The position numbers were made by a program, and so were the translations under genes. From positions 511,041-575,040 of the forward strand of contig JBAQFJ010000001.1 of the NCBI GenBank assembly GCA_049287205.1: DNA of 64,000 bases. Reading direction: 5' to 3'. The stretch is from Microgenomates group bacterium. GTDB lineage: Bacteria; Patescibacteriota; Microgenomatia; UBA10105; UBA927. Positions 10,238 through 19,359 of this stretch are shown piece by piece. The notes under the pieces are model-generated. The model was not told where the DNA came from. It searched no databases and worked only from the letters and a program-made list of their open reading frames with translations. The first letter of the stretch is position 1; each line of letters begins with the position of its first letter.

Positions 10238-10597
10238 TTACAAAGATATCGTTTGCTGCTTATCAAGATCAAAAATCTCAGTAATTTCCACTAAAATCGC
10301 CGCTGTTGGCATTGGCGGATTACTTTTGCTCAAAGCCGTATCTAAATACTTTCCTGACGTACTAATCTCTACTGATCCCACTAAACGATAATATTCACCA
10401 TTTGCCTTGGTAATAAGCACGATTTTATTGTTATTTTTCAGATTTTCTAGCGTGGTTTTCATCAACGCCGCGCCCAAGAGCAATTTGCCATCAATAAGTC
10501 CCAAAGAAACAGCGATAATTGCATGAGGTACACCAACTGGTGAACTTGTAACGATTGTTACTTCTTGTCGCTCTTCAACTGTTTGTTGCCAACTCAT
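10238..10597 (-). CDS. Small protein with pyridoxamine-5'-phosphate-oxidase-like (FMN-binding split-barrel) features
   Basis: 119 aa; pattern VGVPHAIIAVSLGLIDGKLLLGAALMKTTLENLKNNNKIVLIT resembles PNPOx/HugZ-type split barrels; assignment tentative. Confidence 0.35.
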   Translation of the reverse strand: MSWQQTVEERQEVTIVTSSPVGVPHAIIAVSLGLIDGKLLLGAALMKTTLENLKNNNKIVLITKANGEYYRLVGSVEISTSGKYLDTALSKSNPPMPTAAILVEITEIFDLDKQQTISL

Positions 10598-10601
10598 ACC
10601 A

Positions 10602-11084
10602 TTATTCTCCTTTCAAGATTTCAAGTACTGGTTTGTAATGAAACTTTACTTGTGTTGCATCACTAAGTTTCAGTTTAATCATGGGAAACATCAGTTGATT
10701 AACCGCTGTTGTATCCCAAGAAACATTCGGGTATTTAGTCATAAATGAATCGAAACTTTCCTTCAAAACAAATTCGACGTGCTCAAGACCTGATGGACAT
10801 ACTTGCCCCTCTTTTGGAGCAACAAGCTCAATAGCTTCATTCACGTACTGCTCATATCGAAGCGGAATTTTTAATTTATAAATACCGACTCTTCTTCCGC
10901 CGACTATTTTTTCTGAAACCAAATCACCAATCGTATCAAACTCCTTTTTTGAAAAATCATAGTCTTCATTTGAAGACGCTTGATACCCGATATGATCCAT
11001 ATTCAAATCTGAAACATCAATACCAAAACTTTTAATTCCCGTTAAAATTCCTGAAATAAATGGATGATATGCATCTAAAATCAT
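10602..11084 (-). CDS. YecM-family (VOC-like) protein
   Basis: 160 aa; blocks MDHIGYQ, GGRRVGIYKLKIPL, SGLEHVEFVL and TQVKFHYKPVLEIL parallel the recalled E. coli YecM blocks DHISLRCHQ, GRPICLFKLHEPV, EGWEHIEIVL and TTIKFHPWSIEEIV. Confidence 0.6.
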   Translation of the reverse strand: MILDAYHPFISGILTGIKSFGIDVSDLNMDHIGYQASSNEDYDFSKKEFDTIGDLVSEKIVGGRRVGIYKLKIPLRYEQYVNEAIELVAPKEGQVCPSGLEHVEFVLKESFDSFMTKYPNVSWDTTAVNQLMFPMIKLKLSDATQVKFHYKPVLEILKGE

Positions 11085-11089
11085 AGGTG

Positions 11090-11461
11090 TTATGAAAAAT
11101 AATCTGTTTCACTATTTCTGTCAATGAGTTTATGCGCGATTTTCATTTCTTCGGGTGTGTTGATATAGAGTATCTTAAATTTTCCCGAGGTTATTTGATT
11201 AACCGTATCATGAGTAATTTCAATGATGTGAATAAGTCCCCAATAGAGCCACTTTCCTTGTATATTTTGCACGAGAAAATTTCTCACTGGTGGCATGTGA
11301 TATATTCGCACCTTTGGTTTATTTTTAAATTCAAATACTCTTCCTTCAAAATCTTTCGCGCTCAAAGGAGTGAGCACGTGTTTGGAATAATCCAATTCTT
11401 TTGGAAATCCTTGTTCAGGAGTAAGCTGCAATGTGTCATTTGTTTCAATAAAACTACCCAT
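11090..11461 (-). CDS. Hypothetical protein
   Basis: 123 aa ORF filling the gap between ftsI and the YecM-like gene; no recognised motif. Confidence 0.4.
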   Translation of the reverse strand: MGSFIETNDTLQLTPEQGFPKELDYSKHVLTPLSAKDFEGRVFEFKNKPKVRIYHMPPVRNFLVQNIQGKWLYWGLIHIIEITHDTVNQITSGKFKILYINTPEEMKIAHKLIDRNSETDYFS

Positions 11462-11490
11462 ATCTATATCCCCTCATGCGATTATATCAC

Positions 11491-13167
11491 TCAAGACTTT
11501 GCAGGAATCCCTAAATAAAGGAATATGTCTTTTGCTATGTTAAAAAAGAGCGGTGCCGCTGTTTCTGAACCCCATTGGGAAGACGATGGTTCACGGAGCG
11601 TGACTAACATCACAAACTTCGGATCATCAACCGGCCCAAAACCAACAAAAGAGGCAATTGTTTTTTTATCGTCATAATGCCCTGCGACAGGAATCTGCGC
11701 CGTTCCTGTTTTTCCAGCAATTCGATATCCTTTTGGTTTTGCCCATTTAGCTTCCCCGTTATCAACAGCTGAGACCATCATTTCCGCAACGATCTCTGCA
11801 GTTCCTGCACTAAATAATTGCCGTACTTTTTTCGGCAGAATTTCAGTCTTTTTTCCGCCTTCTGATTCAATAGTTTTTACCATATGCGGTTCCATAAGCC
11901 ACCCACCGTTTGCAATTGCCGCAGTTGCCCGAACCATCTGGAGCGGCGTTACCGCAATTCCCTGACCAAATGATGCAGTTGCAAGATCAATTTCTTTCCA
12001 ATCATCATCGTCTCTTAACTCCGGACTTGCCTCATCTTCCAAATCAATATTGGTGAGATTTCCAAATCCTACATCTTTAAGAAACTTAACGAATTTTTCT
12101 TCACCAAGCTTTTTTCCTGCGAATACCATACCAACATTCGAAGAATGCTCAAGCACTTTTGTCATAGTAATAGGACCAAGATATTCATTGTTCCAAGTAC
12201 GAATCGAATATCCGCTGACTTCAACAGGTCCTGTTTCGTCAAAAATGGTATCAGCTTTTATCACGCCTGCGTCAATTGCCGCTGCAAGAACCAGCGCCTT
12301 AAACGTAGATCCCGGTTCATATGTTGAAGCAACGATGGGATTTTTATATAACTCCCTGTCATACTCGCCGTACTTGGCAGGATCATACGAAGGACTTGAT
12401 GCCATCGCTAAAATGCCACCGGTTTTTGGATCCATAATAACAACGCTTCCTTCTTTCGCACCGTATTTTTCAATTCCCTGCGTGAGTCTTATTTCTGCAA
12501 TATGTTGAATTGTTCGATCCACCCATAAATGGAGTGTGCTCCCGTTGGCGGGTTCCACGCGCAAACTTTCTCCAATAAGAATTGGCGCGCCGGAGACATC
12601 TTTTTCAATGGTCATGCTGCCGGTTTTCCCCTGAAGTTCTCTATTATAATATCCTTCCAATCCAAAATATCCTTGATCATTGCCATTTTGATCCTGACCC
12701 ACAAACCCCAAAAGATTGGCAGCCATCGACGCTTCCGGATAATACCGTTTTGGTTCCTTTTCAAATCCAATACCTGCAATATCAAGCGCCTTTAATTGCT
12801 CTACCTTATCATTATCTATTTTGTGTGCAATCGGTATCCACACACGATTAGGTATCGTCACCATGGCTGAAATGGTCGCTTCCGGAATATCCAATATCTG
12901 ACCGACTGTTTTGAAATACACAGGCAAATTTGTGATATTTTTTGGCTCAGCATACACTAAATACGCTGCTTTATTCATCACAAGCGAATACCCGTCCGCA
13001 GTTTTAATCACACCTCGCTCCGCGGGAAGTGACAGCTCCAAAAAATGCTGTGAGGCGGCCTCTGCTTTAAGTCTAGGACCTGAAATAATCTGCCAATAAA
13101 AAAGCCTACCTATAATTAGAAGGAAACAAAATGAAAATAATGAGAAAACAGACCAAATACGCCACAT
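11491..13167 (-). CDS. ftsI: Penicillin-binding protein 2/3-type peptidoglycan D,D-transpeptidase
   Basis: N-terminal TM anchor, dimerisation domain, and transpeptidase motifs STFK (YEPGSTFKAL), SSN (LEHSSNVG) and KTGT (IAGKTGTAQ). Confidence 0.9.
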   Translation of the reverse strand: MWRIWSVFSLFSFCFLLIIGRLFYWQIISGPRLKAEAASQHFLELSLPAERGVIKTADGYSLVMNKAAYLVYAEPKNITNLPVYFKTVGQILDIPEATISAMVTIPNRVWIPIAHKIDNDKVEQLKALDIAGIGFEKEPKRYYPEASMAANLLGFVGQDQNGNDQGYFGLEGYYNRELQGKTGSMTIEKDVSGAPILIGESLRVEPANGSTLHLWVDRTIQHIAEIRLTQGIEKYGAKEGSVVIMDPKTGGILAMASSPSYDPAKYGEYDRELYKNPIVASTYEPGSTFKALVLAAAIDAGVIKADTIFDETGPVEVSGYSIRTWNNEYLGPITMTKVLEHSSNVGMVFAGKKLGEEKFVKFLKDVGFGNLTNIDLEDEASPELRDDDDWKEIDLATASFGQGIAVTPLQMVRATAAIANGGWLMEPHMVKTIESEGGKKTEILPKKVRQLFSAGTAEIVAEMMVSAVDNGEAKWAKPKGYRIAGKTGTAQIPVAGHYDDKKTIASFVGFGPVDDPKFVMLVTLREPSSSQWGSETAAPLFFNIAKDIFLYLGIPAKS

Positions 13168-13187
13168 AAGTACTGCTTATGGTTATT

Positions 13188-13481
13188 TTATCTGCTTTGA
13201 CCGAAGGCTACAACAAGACTATCAGCATTCATTGTGACCACTTTTGGAGCAGATTCAAAACCCATGGCAACAGATTTTTCTCTAATCGTTGTAAGTGATG
13301 ATGCTGAAGCAACCTGCTCTTCCGAAAGTAATACTTGCTGTCGTACTTGATCGATTTGTGTGTCAATTGCCTTAATTTCTTTTCCATCTCCAACCAACTG
13401 GCAAGAATACATGATTTGCGCAGTCAACAGAAGAACAAACAAGAGAGCGGTTGGAAGTAGTATTTTTGTTACTGTTTTCAT
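13188..13481 (-). CDS. ftsL: Cell division protein FtsL-like
   Basis: 97 aa, single N-terminal TM helix followed by a coiled-coil-like segment; located between rsmH and ftsI. Confidence 0.6.
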   Translation of the reverse strand: MKTVTKILLPTALLFVLLLTAQIMYSCQLVGDGKEIKAIDTQIDQVRQQVLLSEEQVASASSLTTIREKSVAMGFESAPKVVTMNADSLVVAFGQSR

Positions 13482-13489
13482 AGTGTTGT

Positions 13490-14347
13490 CTACGGTTTTT
13501 CAACAACCCGAAGCTTTGCGCTTCGTGATCGAGGATTATCTGTTTCCTCAATTTCAGTTGCTAAAATCGGCTTTTTTGTTATTTCAATATATCTTGATGC
13601 TCTAAATAATCGCTTTACTATCCTGTCTTCGAGAGAATGAAAGCTTATAATTGCTATTCTTCCCCCCGGTTTGACTACATGCATCGCGCCGATAATTCCT
13701 TCTTCGAGCGCCTGCATCTCGTCATTTACCACAATCCGAATTGCCTGAAATATGCGCGCAATTGTGCCAATGCTCTGTTTTCCTGTACCAACCACCTCTT
13801 CTATCACACCCCGTAAGTCTCCTGCCGTTTTAATCCCCCTCACCTGACGGGCACGGATAAGATGAACAGCAATTGTCCGAGCACGCTCTTCTTCACCATA
13901 TTTCGCAAATATTTCATACAATTCATCTTCACTTGCAAGTGCAATGAGTTCCCTCGCACTTTTTAAATTTTTAATGTTGAAGCGCATATCAAGCGGCGCT
14001 TCTCCAAACCTGAATGTAAATCCTCTGCTTGGTGTATTGATTTGATGACTGGAAACTCCCAAGTCAAACAAAATTCCGTCAACTTGTTCAAATCCTTCTT
14101 TTTTGGCAATTGTTTCGATATTTCGAAAATTACCTTCAACAATCCGAAGGTGTGGATCTGTATTTGCTTTATTCTCTTCGATTGCGTCTGTATCTTCATC
14201 AATGGCAAGTACTTCGGCTCCCTTTTCAAGCATTGCTCTTGTATGTCCACCGCCTCCCAATGTCGCGTCTATATATCGTTTTCCAGTCTCAACATCAAGT
14301 CCTTGTAACACCTCTTGCATCAGTACTGGTGTGTGATAATAGCTCAT
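13490..14347 (-). CDS. rsmH: 16S rRNA (cytosine1402-N4)-methyltransferase
   Basis: MSYYHTPVLMQEVLQGL...IDATLGGGGHTRAML; canonical RsmH/MraW N-terminus and SAM fold. Confidence 0.93.
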   Translation of the reverse strand: MSYYHTPVLMQEVLQGLDVETGKRYIDATLGGGGHTRAMLEKGAEVLAIDEDTDAIEENKANTDPHLRIVEGNFRNIETIAKKEGFEQVDGILFDLGVSSHQINTPSRGFTFRFGEAPLDMRFNIKNLKSARELIALASEDELYEIFAKYGEEERARTIAVHLIRARQVRGIKTAGDLRGVIEEVVGTGKQSIGTIARIFQAIRIVVNDEMQALEEGIIGAMHVVKPGGRIAIISFHSLEDRIVKRLFRASRYIEITKKPILATEIEETDNPRSRSAKLRVVEKP

Positions 14348-14352
14348 ACGTA

Positions 14353-14748
14353 TTATTTCTTCCCCTTCGTAAATTCATTCCACTGTTTCGTGTCCCAGAT
14401 TTCAAAATGATCACCAGCGCCAATCACTTTTACTTCTGAATCGACCCTTGCGTATTCCTTGAGGTGGGTAGGCAATATAACCCGTCCAAGCTTATCTGTT
14501 TCGACCTTCTCTGCTGCAGAAAACACATACCGCCTCAGTGCTCTTCCCTCATCTGTTGTGACCGATGTTTCCAGCTGCTTTGTCGCTTCTTTCTCCCACG
14601 CTGCCAAATCATATCCAAAAATACATGTATCAAACCCTCGCGTTAACACTAATTCCCTCTCCCCTAACTCACTCCGCACCTTCTTAGGTAGCGTCACTCT
14701 GCCCCGTTCGTCTAATGTGTGGTTATATTCCCCAAGGAATAGTTTCAT
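14353..14748 (-). CDS. mraZ: Transcriptional regulator MraZ
   Basis: 131 aa; FLGEYNHTLDERGRVTLPKKVR and second GRVILP repeat (duplicated MraZ DXXXR domains). Confidence 0.9.
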   Translation of the reverse strand: MKLFLGEYNHTLDERGRVTLPKKVRSELGERELVLTRGFDTCIFGYDLAAWEKEATKQLETSVTTDEGRALRRYVFSAAEKVETDKLGRVILPTHLKEYARVDSEVKVIGAGDHFEIWDTKQWNEFTKGKK

Positions 14749-14812
14749 ACCCTAAAGTTTACCACTTTTCCCCATCTATATCCATAATCACCCATTTTTC
14801 ACGCTATGTCAA
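14749..14812 (-). promoter_or_regulatory. mraZ promoter with putative MraZ operator repeats
   Basis: On the minus strand: TTGACA (14807-14812), 17-nt spacer, GATTAT (14784-14789). TGGGT / TGGGG / TGGTA / AGGGT direct repeats at roughly 10- and 20-nt spacing (14790-14794, 14770-14774, 14760-14764, 14749-14753) lie between the -10 element and the ATG, resembling the TGGGN repeats bound by MraZ. Confidence 0.45.
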
Positions 14813-14870
14813 GAGGTATTTCACAACCGTAATCCCAGAGGAATTCTCTTTATGTCACTCTGTTCGTGAT

Positions 14871-14912
14871 GGCAAAAAAACCAAAAAAATAGAGGCTAAT
14901 TAGCCTCTATTT
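14871..14912 (-). terminator. Rho-independent terminator of the upstream gene (14938..15396)
   Basis: Near-perfect palindrome AATAGAGGCTA-AT-TAGCCTCTATT (14888-14911), followed on the minus strand by TTTTTTTGGTTTTTTT. It sits between the stop at 14938 and the mraZ promoter. Confidence 0.6.
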
Positions 14913-14937
14913 TCGTTTATACACGTACTTGTTTTTA

Positions 14938-15396
14938 TTACAGATCGAAATCTTTGGACAATTGACTCTTTTTTCCGCTGATATCCGTAAATTCCAAAAC
15001 GAGTGATACCTTTTTCACCCCTGTATGTGGTTTACACACATTTCTTGAGCAGGTACCGAGATAAATATCATCACGGGTAAACGTGTCTTTCCCTGCCACT
15101 TCAAGCGGTCTGCTGGTCACCCCTTGTACGACACCCTGTGTTTCATAGCTCACTTCGTACGTGACTGTTTTATATCCGCTCTTCAATCCTGAGATGGATA
15201 GTACAACTGTGTTATCTTTCACCTTGCTCCATGCAACATCAGCAACAAGGCTTGCGTCTGCAGGAACCACAACTTCTTCCTCTATCACTTCTTCCACCGG
15301 TGCTACTGACTGGCTTCCTTTATATAAAGCGTATCCAATAACAGCGGCGCCGACCACAATAAGTCCAATAAGAATCCAAACCAAACTTTTTTTCAT
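14938..15396 (-). CDS. Membrane-anchored hypothetical protein
   Basis: 152 aa, N-terminal TM helix (LVWILIGLIVVGAAVIGYALY), beta-rich extracytoplasmic domain; ends at the intrinsic terminator. Confidence 0.5.
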   Translation of the reverse strand: MKKSLVWILIGLIVVGAAVIGYALYKGSQSVAPVEEVIEEEVVVPADASLVADVAWSKVKDNTVVLSISGLKSGYKTVTYEVSYETQGVVQGVTSRPLEVAGKDTFTRDDIYLGTCSRNVCKPHTGVKKVSLVLEFTDISGKKSQLSKDFDL

Positions 15397-15405
15397 ATAT
15401 CCTCC

Positions 15406-16731
15406 TTATGACAACTGTTTATTAGTATGAATATAGTCAATGAGTGCACTCACTCCAACACGTTCCTGTTTCGTTGTATCACGATTTCTGATTGTTACAG
15501 CGCCGTCCTCAAGTGTCGTAAAATCGATTGTTACACACCATGGCGTGCCTATTTCGTCCTGAGCAAGATACCGTTTTCCAATGTTTCCACGGTCATCCCA
15601 CGTTGTTTGAAATACTTCTTTTACCATGTGATACACTTCACGCGCTTTTGTCACCAGTTCCGGCTTATTGGGTAGCAGTGGAAATACGGCCACCATATAT
15701 GGCGCAAGACTTGGCTTTAACTTTAACACAGCCCGCTCACCATCTTTGGTAAATGCCTCAAACAACAGTGCAAGCATCAGCCGAGACACCCCGACAGATG
15801 GTTCAATGACGTACGGATAATAGCTCTCTTTTGTTTCTTGATTGGTGACTTTCAATTCCTTACCGCTCCATGTGCTGTGCGTTTTTAAATCATAATCTGT
15901 TCGGTTTGCAATTCCTTCTAGCTCCTTATATCCCCATTCAGGAAAATTATATTCGATGTCCCATGAGTCAGCAGCGTAATGTGCGCGTTCGGTTGCTTCA
16001 TGTTGCCGGAATCTGATATTTTCCTTGGAAATACCTAAAGAAAGATGCCACGCCATCCGTTTTTCCTTCCATGTTTCAAATGCAGCGTCCGCATCCTTTG
16101 GCTCTACAAAATATTCCAGTTCCATTTGTTCAAATTCCCGAACGCGGAATAAAAATTTTCCGGGTGTTACTTCATTTCGAAATGCTTTTCCGATTTGCGC
16201 AATACCAAAAGGAATTTTTACCCGATTTGAGGTCATCACATTATCAAAATTAGAAAAGATTCCCTGACAAGTTTCTCCCCGAAGATATGCGACGCTTTTG
16301 GAATCTTCAACGGGACCCACAAACGTCTTAAACAGCAAATTGAATTGTCGAGGTTCTGTAAATGTGACTTCTTTTTCACCTTTTGCCTTATGTGAGGCAA
16401 CGTGTGCCGCTATTTCATCTTCCTGATCAGCTCTAAGCCTGCTGTGACACACTTTACATTCAATCAGAGGATCGGTAAATGCCGCCACATGTCCTGATGC
16501 TTCCCACGTCTTCGGATTTAAAATAATTGAAGAATCAAGTCCAACAACATCATCTCTCGATGTCACCATTTCTTTCCACCATGCCTCTTTAATATTGCGT
16601 GCTAAGGCCACTCCCTGCGGCCCTAAATCATAAAATCCCCCGATTCCGCCATAGATATCGCTTGTCGGATACACAAATCCGCGTCGCTTACACAGTGCAA
16701 TAATTTCTTCAAGTTTGGTCATAGATACCAT
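15406..16731 (-). CDS. glyQS: Glycine--tRNA ligase (alpha2 dimeric type)
   Basis: 441 aa; N-terminus RGFVYPTSDIYGGIGGFYDLGPQG, class II aaRS motifs, C-terminal anticodon-binding domain. Confidence 0.9.
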   Translation of the reverse strand: MVSMTKLEEIIALCKRRGFVYPTSDIYGGIGGFYDLGPQGVALARNIKEAWWKEMVTSRDDVVGLDSSIILNPKTWEASGHVAAFTDPLIECKVCHSRLRADQEDEIAAHVASHKAKGEKEVTFTEPRQFNLLFKTFVGPVEDSKSVAYLRGETCQGIFSNFDNVMTSNRVKIPFGIAQIGKAFRNEVTPGKFLFRVREFEQMELEYFVEPKDADAAFETWKEKRMAWHLSLGISKENIRFRQHEATERAHYAADSWDIEYNFPEWGYKELEGIANRTDYDLKTHSTWSGKELKVTNQETKESYYPYVIEPSVGVSRLMLALLFEAFTKDGERAVLKLKPSLAPYMVAVFPLLPNKPELVTKAREVYHMVKEVFQTTWDDRGNIGKRYLAQDEIGTPWCVTIDFTTLEDGAVTIRNRDTTKQERVGVSALIDYIHTNKQLS

Positions 16732-16764
16732 TGTACCAAATTTTATACGGGAAGGTTATGTATT

Positions 16765-17322
16765 TTACGATAAGAAGAATTTCATGCTTCGAATCTTCCG
16801 TTCCGATATCCGCTCAATATACCCGATCAACTCTCCAAATTCGCTGTACTTTTTATCCGGAGCCAGATACCCGAGCTCCTCAAGCAGCGCATTGAAAAAA
16901 GACACCAGTAGCGGAGTGATCTCGCTGTCGCTCGCTGTACCGATCGCAACCAGTATTGCGCCCAATTTGTCATATATCGCGCGCTGTGGCTCGTTATCAG
17001 GTAGAAGCTTATCTATCGCCTCAACGATCACATATGCCGCCCGCATACGCATCCATGTGGTGTAGGCGTTCCTTCTTGAAACCAACATATCCACCTCCGA
17101 CACCGTGTCCCAAGACTTACCCTGATGGAGCGTAATTTTAATTTCATTGAAGATATCTAAGTACGGCCCTCTGCGGCTGGTTATCTTTCTAACCCCTTTG
17201 GCAACCACTCTGACTTTTCCCGTTGTTTTGGTAAATAACGTCAATACTTTATCTGAATCACCGACGTTCTTGCGTTTCAATATAAACGCATTGACTGTTG
17301 TTATCCGTGAAGGATGCGTCAT
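16765..17322 (-). CDS. recO: DNA repair protein RecO (short form)
   Basis: 185 aa; N-terminal OB-fold pattern ITTVNAFILKRKNVGDSDKVLTLFTKTTGKVRVVAKGVRK typical of RecO. Confidence 0.6.
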   Translation of the reverse strand: MTHPSRITTVNAFILKRKNVGDSDKVLTLFTKTTGKVRVVAKGVRKITSRRGPYLDIFNEIKITLHQGKSWDTVSEVDMLVSRRNAYTTWMRMRAAYVIVEAIDKLLPDNEPQRAIYDKLGAILVAIGTASDSEITPLLVSFFNALLEELGYLAPDKKYSEFGELIGYIERISERKIRSMKFFLS

Positions 17323-17328
17323 CTCGAT

Positions 17329-19302
17329 TTAAAATGTAAACTCGGTGTCACCGACAAGAGGCAGATCTTTTCGTTGTTTTCCGTTTAATTTTAATATGTA
17401 TTCTTCACCATCTGTGCCGCCCTGTTTTTGAATAAGCAATTTATATTGTCCGGCAACCTCCACCGGTGATGTGTACGTCAGTTCTAATTTCGCGGTCCCC
17501 ATCGGGTTAACAATTAAAAACCCTTCGAACATGGTTTTTCCCAGACTTTGATATGTTTCCATAGACGCGGCTGCACTATCCTTTGGCGATATGGAGCCCT
17601 TGCTTTCAGCAAGTGTACTGCCTGCCGGTACATACACACGCACCCAGTTTCGAAGCGGTGCATTCAAACACAAACCGCCACTTTCCAGTCCGCAGTCACT
17701 CCCTGGATACGGATTTTTATAATCAATCGTCAATTTTGTCGTCAATGTTTTTCCCGACACGGTTGTATCCTTTGTCACTTTACTGGATACGAACATATTG
17801 GATTTCGCGCCAGCCATATTACTGTTTACGAGATAGAGATAATCCCATCCTTTTCCCTCTTCATATTTTAGAATTGCCGCGCTTTCTGATGCGGTCATCA
17901 CGCGTCCCGCCATATTAAAATCTTCCGCGGCTTTCTGCGTGGTCGTATCCATGAAATATGCAAGTACGTGTTTCTGATTAATTTCATCAATCAGTACTTG
18001 GAACAAATTTCCCCAGTATTTTGACGGGGAAACGCCAAGTGCCATCTGTAATATCTGTTGCAGCAGTACACCGATAATGTCTTTTCTGGCGTCTCTCACG
18101 TATCCGACAGGACGTGTGGAATAGTCTTCCAACTCATATACCGCCTTTGGACAATCACATCGTTTATCAATCACGGCACTAAATTCCCTACCGTACACAT
18201 TGATTGGCCCTAACACTTTCAACATTTCCACAAGTACATGCGTATCCACAGCCAAAACTCCATCAATTTTTTCCTTTCCACTGGTTTGGTTGTACATTTC
18301 CATAAATTGCTGCATGGAAACTTTAAAATCCGGGGACAAATTGCTGTCCCTGATATTCAAATTGTATACACCTTTATGAAACGTCAGAATTTCCCGGGGA
18401 GCTGCGAATTTTTTTGTTAAGGCCGCATCAAGCGCGTAGATATCATCCGCTTTTTCAAGGATTGGTTTTCCTTTCACCATCCGAAACTGCGCGTATGCGG
18501 TGATAAACCCGCCGGTTGACCTAAGCTCCTTATCATTTTGGAATATCACTAAATACCGTTTGTCTGACGGATCCCCCAATAGCGATGGAAGGTTCATTAA
18601 CAACGGTTGTGCATTCACAAACAAATTTGCCATTTCATTAATCACGGCAAATCCGCCCGCCATTTTAGACCTGATAACTGTTTTGCCGATTTTTTCCGGA
18701 TACCTATTTGGATCAATTGCTTCTAGCTCTGTCTGCATCGTTTCCACACTTGCCGCTATCTCATTTATTTTTGGCAAAAGTGCGCTCATTGTTTTCACTG
18801 CAAATTGCAATCGTTCTTCAGCGGTGCCCTCAAGGAAAGAACTCTTGCTCCCGCCTTTGAGCCCTAAAAGGTCTGCGTTCGGCTCAATTGCTTCAATTGC
18901 TTTGTCTCCCGCTGTTAGCGCTGCAAATCCTGCATTGATTCCGTGTTCACCGTCTGCGATATACAACCCTAGGAATGGAACTATTTTTAATGGCAGTACT
19001 TTTTTGTATTCCACCTGCAGTTCTGTTAATTTTGTCCGTGTTTCATTCAGTTTTGTTTTCACGAGCGCCAAATCTTTGTCTTTGACTGCCTGCATTGCTT
19101 CCTGCCCGACCGTTGTCATTCCTTTTGCTTTTGCGACAACTCCACGAAGAGGAAGGAGCATGACGCCGATAATAACAAGGAGTACTACAAGTACGCCAAC
19201 AGGAATACCAATAGCTTTCCAAGGAAATTTCTTTTTCTTTTTTGCTTCCGTTTGCATAATAGGGGTTGCGACATCAACAGTAATTTTTTTGAGTTCTTCC
19301 AT
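17329..19302 (-). CDS. DUF4012 domain membrane protein
   Basis: 657 aa; N-terminal TM, coiled-coil, and RYLVIFQNDKELRSTGGFITAYAQ block matching the DUF4012 core; typically linked to envelope polysaccharide loci. Confidence 0.6.
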   Translation of the reverse strand: MEELKKITVDVATPIMQTEAKKKKKFPWKAIGIPVGVLVVLLVIIGVMLLPLRGVVAKAKGMTTVGQEAMQAVKDKDLALVKTKLNETRTKLTELQVEYKKVLPLKIVPFLGLYIADGEHGINAGFAALTAGDKAIEAIEPNADLLGLKGGSKSSFLEGTAEERLQFAVKTMSALLPKINEIAASVETMQTELEAIDPNRYPEKIGKTVIRSKMAGGFAVINEMANLFVNAQPLLMNLPSLLGDPSDKRYLVIFQNDKELRSTGGFITAYAQFRMVKGKPILEKADDIYALDAALTKKFAAPREILTFHKGVYNLNIRDSNLSPDFKVSMQQFMEMYNQTSGKEKIDGVLAVDTHVLVEMLKVLGPINVYGREFSAVIDKRCDCPKAVYELEDYSTRPVGYVRDARKDIIGVLLQQILQMALGVSPSKYWGNLFQVLIDEINQKHVLAYFMDTTTQKAAEDFNMAGRVMTASESAAILKYEEGKGWDYLYLVNSNMAGAKSNMFVSSKVTKDTTVSGKTLTTKLTIDYKNPYPGSDCGLESGGLCLNAPLRNWVRVYVPAGSTLAESKGSISPKDSAAASMETYQSLGKTMFEGFLIVNPMGTAKLELTYTSPVEVAGQYKLLIQKQGGTDGEEYILKLNGKQRKDLPLVGDTEFTF

Positions 19303-19359
19303 AGACTTCTATTGTTCCAATTTATTGGGAAGTTGTCAACCTAAGAATAGCTAAGGTGG

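Noticed and set aside
14888-14911. The perfect palindrome AATAGAGGCTAATTAGCCTCTATT was considered as a protein-binding operator or an inverted-repeat remnant of a mobile element
   Set aside because: A single copy, immediately followed by a long T-tract on the minus strand and located exactly between a stop codon and the next promoter. An intrinsic terminator is the simplest explanation. No second copy or transposase gene is nearby.
18500-19354. 284-aa plus-strand ORF (Ser/Ala/Thr-rich), plus many 60-160-aa plus-strand ORFs such as 429..638, 1591..1881, 5460..5942 and 12050..12508
   Set aside because: All lie antisense within well-supported minus-strand genes (DUF4012, MBL, murF, murA, ftsI). 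They have low-complexity composition expected from reverse-complementing Lys/Glu/Ala-rich coding sequence and carry no motifs. They were judged to be shadow ORFs.
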